From Salmo salar (taxonomy: Eukaryota), in NCBI RefSeq assembly GCF_905237065.1, contig NC_059455.1, positions 34,224,034 to 34,288,033 on the forward strand: DNA of 64,000 nt. Reading direction: 5' to 3'. The notes beneath the pieces are model-generated. The model did no database searches and had not been told where the DNA came from. It worked only from the letters and a program-made list of their open reading frames with translations. Positions 58,895-64,000 of the stretch are shown here, piece after piece (position 1 is the stretch's first letter; every line of letters begins with the position of its first letter). A program made the translations under genes and the position numbers.

Positions 58895-59047
58895 CCCGTG
58901 GAAGAAGGCAAAGAGGATATTCCGTGTGGGAGGGGCTTCCTGAGTGGCTTCACGTAGTGCCTGGGCAGCAGCCAGCAGAGTAACAAACCCTGAGACACTC
59001 CCCTCCGCTCCTGTAGAATCCTGCAAGAAAAATGCCCTGCTGTCCAG
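58895..59047 (-). CDS. ncstn: ncstn exon 8 (LDSRAFFLQDSTGAEGSVSGFVTLLAAAQALREATQEAPPTRNILFAFFHG)
   Basis: Acceptor 'ccatttttgtag|CTG', donor 'GGG|gtgagt'. Human '[51 protein letters not shown]'. Part of it lies in ORF 58950..59162(-) in another frame. Confidence 0.85.
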
Positions 59048-59300
59048 CTACAAAAATGGAGAAAGAATCCAGTGTCCAGTCAATTTTCCATAAACGCCAA
59101 ACAAGGAAAAACCATATAAGGATTGTATAGAAGGAAATGGTACTGAGCAAATACCAAAGCACTTTTCAGGATGTGTATAACACACACTGGAATGTGGCTC
59201 ATATTGTATATACTATTTTGTAGATTCCAAAAGGCTTAGACATCTGTGAACATGTGACAAGATGAGTCAGTGGGAGGCAAGGCCTCAATGCATCACCCAC

Positions 59301-59413
59301 CCTGGCTGCTGCTACAACAACACTCTCGTTCTCCTTGTGACCAAAGGCGGTGCTGTTATAAGGCCGGATGAAAGCACACACATTATAATCACCTAGAGGG
59401 TTACACACCATCA
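59301..59413 (-). CDS. ncstn: ncstn exon 7 (…MVCNPLGDYNVCAFIRPYNSTAFGHKENESVVVAAAR)
   Basis: ORF 59199..59414(-). Acceptor 'ctcacag|TG', donor 'AGG|gtgggt'. Human '[36 protein letters not shown]'. Confidence 0.9.
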
Positions 59414-59516
59414 CTGTGAGAGAGAGAGAGAGAGAGCGAGAGAGATGTCTGTAATATATACATGACAGTGTGTGTATTGACTACTCACGCATATACAATA
59501 ATGCATCTTTGTATAC

Positions 59517-59661
59517 CTGGGGAGGTGCTGAAGTCGATGCTTCTGCGTCTCATGCAGGTTGCAGTGTCAGTGACAGCATACATATGAGATAAGAGCTGCA
59601 TGGCACACAGAGGGTACTGCAGGCCACTGCCGTTCACCACACGATTATGATCAAAGTAGCA
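59517..59661 (-). CDS. ncstn: ncstn exon 6 ([48 protein letters not shown])
   Basis: ORF 59485..59703(-). Acceptor 'ctacctgcag|TGC', donor 'CCAG|gtatac'. Human '[50 protein letters not shown]'. Confidence 0.9.
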
Positions 59662-59832
59662 CTGCAGGTAGAGAGTGGATACATTTATCAGAATGAGGAG
59701 CACATTGTTTTAATACACATAAATACTGTAGAATAAGACATCACCTCTGTTCTTTGAATAAAGACATTTCATGGTCATTAAGTGACATGATTTTACCAGA
59801 CTGGGTTGTGACTGCTTGAAGTGACTCCTCAC

Positions 59833-59978
59833 CTGTTTGATGGCCTCTGTTTCATTGTCTTCTTTCAGGGAGAAGACAGGGAAGTCAAATTCCTCATAGG
59901 ATAGACCGTTCCCCCGAGGATTCCATACAGTCGTGTTACAGTGCGCTAAATGATGATCATAGGTTTCCGTGTAAACAC
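59833..59978 (-). CDS. ncstn: ncstn exon 5 (…GVYTETYDHHLAHCNTTVWNPRGNGLSYEEFDFPVFSLKEDNETEAIKQ)
   Basis: ORF 59710..60009(-). Acceptor 'atcctcag|GT', donor 'CAG|gtgagg'. Human '[49 protein letters not shown]'. Confidence 0.9.
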
Positions 59979-60080
59979 CTGAGGATAAAAGTAAACAAAT
60001 GACGTTCAAAAAACATGCTGGTTAGCAAAGATCATTTGGTCATTTTAACAGACTATCGTCCTAATGCCTGATCCTCCTAC

Positions 60081-60196
60081 CTGTGTTCTCATTGGGACAT
60101 GTTGTATGTGGCGAGAACTCCGGTGGGCTAGTTTTTGGGACCACCACAACCCCTGCCACCCTGCTGGAGGCATTCTTAATCTTCATCATGATGGAC
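60081..60196 (-). CDS. ncstn: ncstn exon 4 (KSIMMKIKNASSRVAGVVVVPKTSPPEFSPHTTCPNENT)
   Basis: Acceptor 'ttttacag|G', donor 'ACAG|gtagga'. Human '[41 protein letters not shown]'. Not covered by any listed ORF in the right frame. Found by phase continuity. Confidence 0.8.
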
Positions 60197-60358
60197 CTGT
60201 AAAATTAGGACAATGTTCGAGTATGAGGGGGCTACTAGGATATAGATCATATCATTGTGTGGCTGTGCTGAACAATAGTCACAGTGAGAGTGTTCCAACT
60301 TTGTTCTGGAGGTCAATGGAGATGGAGTTGACTGTTTTTGGCTGTGTGTATTGCCTAC

Positions 60359-60470
60359 TTGGTGAAGAGGGATGACTCCAACAGGACCATATAAGGAGGA
60401 TTGGGTCCTTTGCTCAAAGGCCATTCCAGATCTGCCTCAGACTCCAAGACATGGATCACCCCTGTATCAC
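60359..60470 (-). CDS. ncstn: ncstn exon 3 ([37 protein letters not shown])
   Basis: Acceptor 'gatatcag|GT', donor 'CCAA|gtaggc'. Human '[39 protein letters not shown]'. Confidence 0.85.
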
Positions 60471-60606
60471 CTGATATCGAGGCTGAGACACAGGATAGAA
60501 AGAAATGCTTGTCTTAGTATGCAAATATCCAGCATTACATAAATATAGCAAGGATACAGAGCACAGTATTGTACCAAGCAGAGTGTGTGTGTGTCATGTC
60601 ACTCAC

Positions 60607-60708
60607 ACTGGCAGCCAATCTGATGTGTAGCATTGAGCAGTCGGACGCATGGTACAGTGTTATTCAGTTCGACATAAATCTTCTGCGCAACAGAGTTACA
60701 ACTCACAT
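60607..60708 (-). CDS. ncstn: ncstn exon 2 ([34 protein letters not shown])
   Basis: ORF 60599..60811(-). Acceptor 'tgtctttcag|AT', donor 'CAGT|gtgagt'. Human '[30 protein letters not shown]'. Confidence 0.9.
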
Positions 60709-60929
60709 CTGAAAGACAAAAGAAGAGAAACAATTGAATTGAAGTGACCAGTTTCTGTAATGATGTATTCCCAAGACACCAAACCAAATCGAATTGTATT
60801 GGTCGGTACACAGTTTAGCAGGTGGGTGCAGCAAAATGCTTATGTTCATAGTTCCTATCAAATAATGCAGTAAATGCCAATAAGCACAAAATAATATATT
60901 ATTTTGTACAGTAGTAGATATATAAATAG

Positions 60930-61460
60930 AATGTCAACAAATTTGCTTACATCCCTGTTAATAAGCATTTCTCCTTTTCCAAGATAATCCATCCACCTGA
61001 CAGGTGTGGCATATCAAAAAGCTGATTAAACATCATTATCATTACACAGGTGCACCTTGTGCTGGGGACAATAAAATGCCACCCTAAAATGTGCAGTTTT
61101 GTCACACAACGCCACAGAAGTCTTGAGGGAGCATGCAATTGGAATGCTGACTGCAGGAATGTCCCCCAGAGCTGTTGCCAGATAATTGAATGTTCGTTTC
61201 TCGACCATATGCGGCTTCCAACGTCATTTTAGAGAATTTGGCAGCATGTCCAACTGGCCTCACAATCGCAGACCACGTGTAACCACGCCAGCCCAGGATT
61301 TCCACATACCAGCTTCTTCACCTGCGGGGGATCCTCTGAGACCAGTCACCCGGACAGCTGATGAAACTGACGGGGTATTTCTGTCTGTAATAAAACCCTT
61401 TTGTGGGGAAAACCTATGCTTGTCCTAGGCCCACCCATGGCTGCGCCCTTGCCCAGTCAT
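60930..61460 (+). mobile_element. 5' fragment of a Tc1-like element in ncstn intron 1
   Basis: 'tacatccctgttaataagcatttctccttttccaagataatccatccacctgacaggtgtggcatatcaaaaagctgattaaacatcattatcattacacaggtgcaccttgtgctgggg...'. Frame-shifted peptides '[34 protein letters not shown]' match the transposase N-terminus. Confidence 0.7.
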
Positions 61461-61960
61461 GTGAAATTCATAGATTAGTGCCAAATTCTTTTATTTCAAT
61501 TGACTGATTTCCATATATGAACTGTAACTCCGTACAATCGTTGAAATGACTGCATGTTGCATTTATTTTTGTTTTGTATATAATGCCTGTATAGCCGCCC
61601 ACCCACTGCTTGCCTTGAGCTCTGAGTGGTCACGCTGTGGCTGACTCAAGTTGTGGTGCCTAGCAGCAACAGTATCAGTTTCACAAGTTTGCTAGTTAGC
61701 CAGCTGGTTAACATGGCTACCTATCTAGCTAAGTGCATCGCATACGGGATTTCAAAAAACTTGATACATAATTCGGGTTGTCTAGTGTACAATTATAAAG
61801 CATTATAATCCATAGGACCTCACTGTCAGCAACGTCGTTGACTAAATAATTGGGCTATTAGTTAGCTGTAGCTTACTGAGCCAAACTAAAACGGTAATAA
61901 GATATAGGTAAGTGAACGCATGTAGCTAGTATTAACGTTACAAACGAAAGGAATTCTTAC

Positions 61961-62015
61961 TTTTGAAAAGCCAACAAACTATGAACATAACCCATTTCGA
62001 TGATTCCAACGCCAT
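61961..62015 (-). CDS. ncstn: ncstn exon 1, predicted (MALESSKWVMFIVCWLFK, signal peptide)
   Basis: 'gaagATGGCGTTGGAATCATCGAAATGGGTTATGTTCATAGTTTGTTGGCTTTTCAAAA|gtaaga' on the complement strand. Kozak-like context and a GTAAGA donor. The phase-1 'A' joins 'AT' of exon 2 to give Asn, recreating the conserved N-S-V start of the mature protein. No homology expected because it is a signal peptide. Confidence 0.5.
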
Positions 62016-62702
62016 CTTCCTGGTTTCATAAAGAACAGTTAAAAACACAGGAAGCGTTGCAGTAAAACTTGTTAGGGGTTCCGATATTGCAAAACCTCAT
62101 CAAAATGGCAGTGAAAACAGAACATAGAGCTAGATAGAGGACTCATCTTTATAGCCATAATAGCGTCTTTGACAGCATGGGCAGCGCGATTGAGTCTTCA
62201 AACCTATAGAAGTCCCACCCAGTCAAAGTATGTGGCGGAGTTCTGAACCGCTAATGGAGCAGACCACATCAGGTTCTATCCAACCACTCCAGCTAAAAAC
62301 CTCTCTGCCTCACAGGGATACAAACTGCCAATCCAAATAAGCTCCATTTATTAAAATCACAATTTAACCAACACCCATCTATTTTTGTGATTACCTGGAC
62401 CTGCCATTTGGTTTTGAAGTATTGAAACAAAACCATATAAAAAATGTGTTGCCTTTTATTTAACTTTATGATTTGAATGAAAATTATTTTAATAAATATG
62501 AAAAGGTGAATGTAAGAAGAGCTCATAATTTCAAATAGGCTACATGTCATATTTAACAGCATATAAACACTCTAAACAGGCCGGGAGCCAGACAGGCATA
62601 GCTGGGGAAGTAGAGATTTTACCCATGCTTCATTAAGGCGATATTGCTCCACTAATACAGGACTATTAAAGGCTCAGTGCACTAATTTGTGGGAAAAAAA
62701 TA

Positions 62703-62748
62703 TTGTTTTAAAATATATATATATATATACACACACACACTACTGGTC
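62703..62748. repeat. (TA)n(CA)n compound microsatellite
   Basis: 'atatatatatatatatacacacacacac'. Confidence 0.9.
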
Positions 62749-64000
62749 AAAAGTTTTAGAACACCTACTCATTCAAGGGGTTTTCTTTATTTTTACTATT
62801 TTCTACATTGTAGAATAATAGTGAAGACATCAAAATTATGAAATAACACGTGGAATCATGTAGTAACCAAAAAAGTGTTAAACACATCAAAATATATTTT
62901 ATATTTGACATTCTTCAAAGTAGCCACCCTTTGCCTTGATGACAAGCATTTGAAGTAAACATTTCACTGTAAGGTCTACACCTGTTGTATTTGGTGCACG
63001 TGACAAATAAACTTTGATTTGATTTGCTGGTTAAGTGTGCCTTGAATTCTAAATAAATCACAGACAGTGTCACCAGCAAAGCACCATCACACCTCCTCCT
63101 CCATGCTTCACGGTGGGAAGCATCTCACAAAGACAAGGCGGTTAGAACCTAAAATCTCAAATTTGGACTCATCAGACCAAGGAACAGATTTCCACCGGTC
63201 TAATGTCCATTGCTCGTGTTTCTTGGACCAAGCAAGTCTCTGCTTCTTGTTGGTGTACTTTAGTAGTGGTTTCTTTGCAGCAATTGAACCATGAAGGCCG
63301 GATTCATGCAGTCTCCTCTGAACAGTTGATGTTGAGATCTGTCTGTTACTTGAACTCTGTAAAGCATTTATTTTGGCTGCAATTTCTGAGGCTGCTAACT
63401 CTAACTTTTTCTCTGCAGCAGAGGTAACTCTTGGTCTTCCTTACCTGTGGTGGTCCTTATGAGAGCCAGTTTCATCAAAGCGCTTGATGGTTTTTGCGAC
63501 TGCACTTGAAGTAACTTTCAAAGTTCTTGACATTTTCCAGATTTTTTTATTTTGTTTTTCTAGGCAAGTCAGTTAAGAACAAATTCTTATTTACAATGAT
63601 AACCCACTGTTCCTAGGCTAACCGCCTCGTTCAGGGGCAGAATGACAGATTTTTACCTTGTCAACTCGGGGATTTGATCTAGCAACTTTTCGGTTATTGG
63701 CCCAACGCTCTAACCAGGCTACTGTACCTGCCGCCCTGACTGACCGACATTCATGCCTTAAAGTAATGATGGACTGTCGTTTCTCTTTGCTTATTTGCGC
63801 TGTTCTAGCCATAATATGGACTTGGTCTTTTACCAAATAAGGCTATCTTCTGTATACCACCCCCACTTTGTCACATCACAACCGATTGGCTCAAATGCAT
63901 TAAGGAAAGAAATTCTACAAATGTACTTTTAACAAGGCACACCTGTTAATTGAAATGCATTCCAGGTGACTACCTCATGAAGCTGGTTGAGAGAATGCCA
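62735..64000 (-). mobile_element. Tc1-like element (transposase antisense to the + strand) running off the window end, with a SINE inserted at 63545-63735
   Basis: Terminus 'cactactggtcaaaagttttagaacacctactcattcaagg'. Internal 'ccatgcttcacggtgggaagc' is the antisense of the transposase 'KHGG' region. The SINE in - orientation reads 'ctaggcaagtcagttaagaacaaattcttatttacaatgataacccactgttcctaggc...ggttattggcccaacgctctaaccaggctac'. Confidence 0.7.

Overview
This window is eukaryotic nuclear DNA, almost certainly from a salmonid teleost. The evidence is GT-AG spliced genes, salmonid tRNA-derived SINEs with the 'ttgttcttaactgacttgcctagttaaataaaggt' tail, a Sleeping-Beauty-type Tc1 element with the 'cagttgaagtcggaagtttacatacac' inverted repeat, and many (CA)n/(TA)n microsatellites. 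The prokaryote-style six-frame ORF track was useful only as a source of exon fragments. I reconstructed five spliced genes by hand from ORF fragments plus splice-site and reading-phase continuity. (1) On the + strand, a 2-exon C2H2 zinc-finger gene (258-2650) whose N-terminal exon resembles the fish-specific FiNZ-type domain. On the - strand: (2) a nectin-4-like Ig-superfamily adhesion gene (3372-12844) with a signal exon, a V domain split across two exons, two C2 domains with the second split by a 4.9-kb transposon-filled intron, a transmembrane exon, and a cytoplasmic tail ending in a nectin-4-like motif; (3) an FcR-gamma (FCER1G)-like ITAM adaptor gene (28438-30282) with 5 tiny exons, including a 21-nt microexon that splits the ITAM; (4) vangl2 (34198-44546) with 7 coding exons ending in the ETSV PDZ ligand; and (5) nicastrin, ncstn (55490-62015), with 17 coding exons and the DYIGS motif. 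These four - strand genes are the orthologues of neighbours on human 1q23.2-q23.3, compressed here into about 60 kb. Roughly half of the rest is transposable-element debris: at least seven Tc1/mariner copies, RSg-1/L2-like and Rex/CR1-like LINEs, an L1/Tx1-like LINE, a Ty3/gypsy pol fragment, about 12 SINE copies, and a TTAAC-flanked piggyBac-like cluster with terminal inverted repeats inserted in a LINE. There is also a 27-bp coding-frame-neutral minisatellite and several nested insertions with recognisable target-site duplications. No rRNA genes, functional tRNA genes or CRISPR arrays are present. All coordinates are read by eye and may be off by 1-3 bp.
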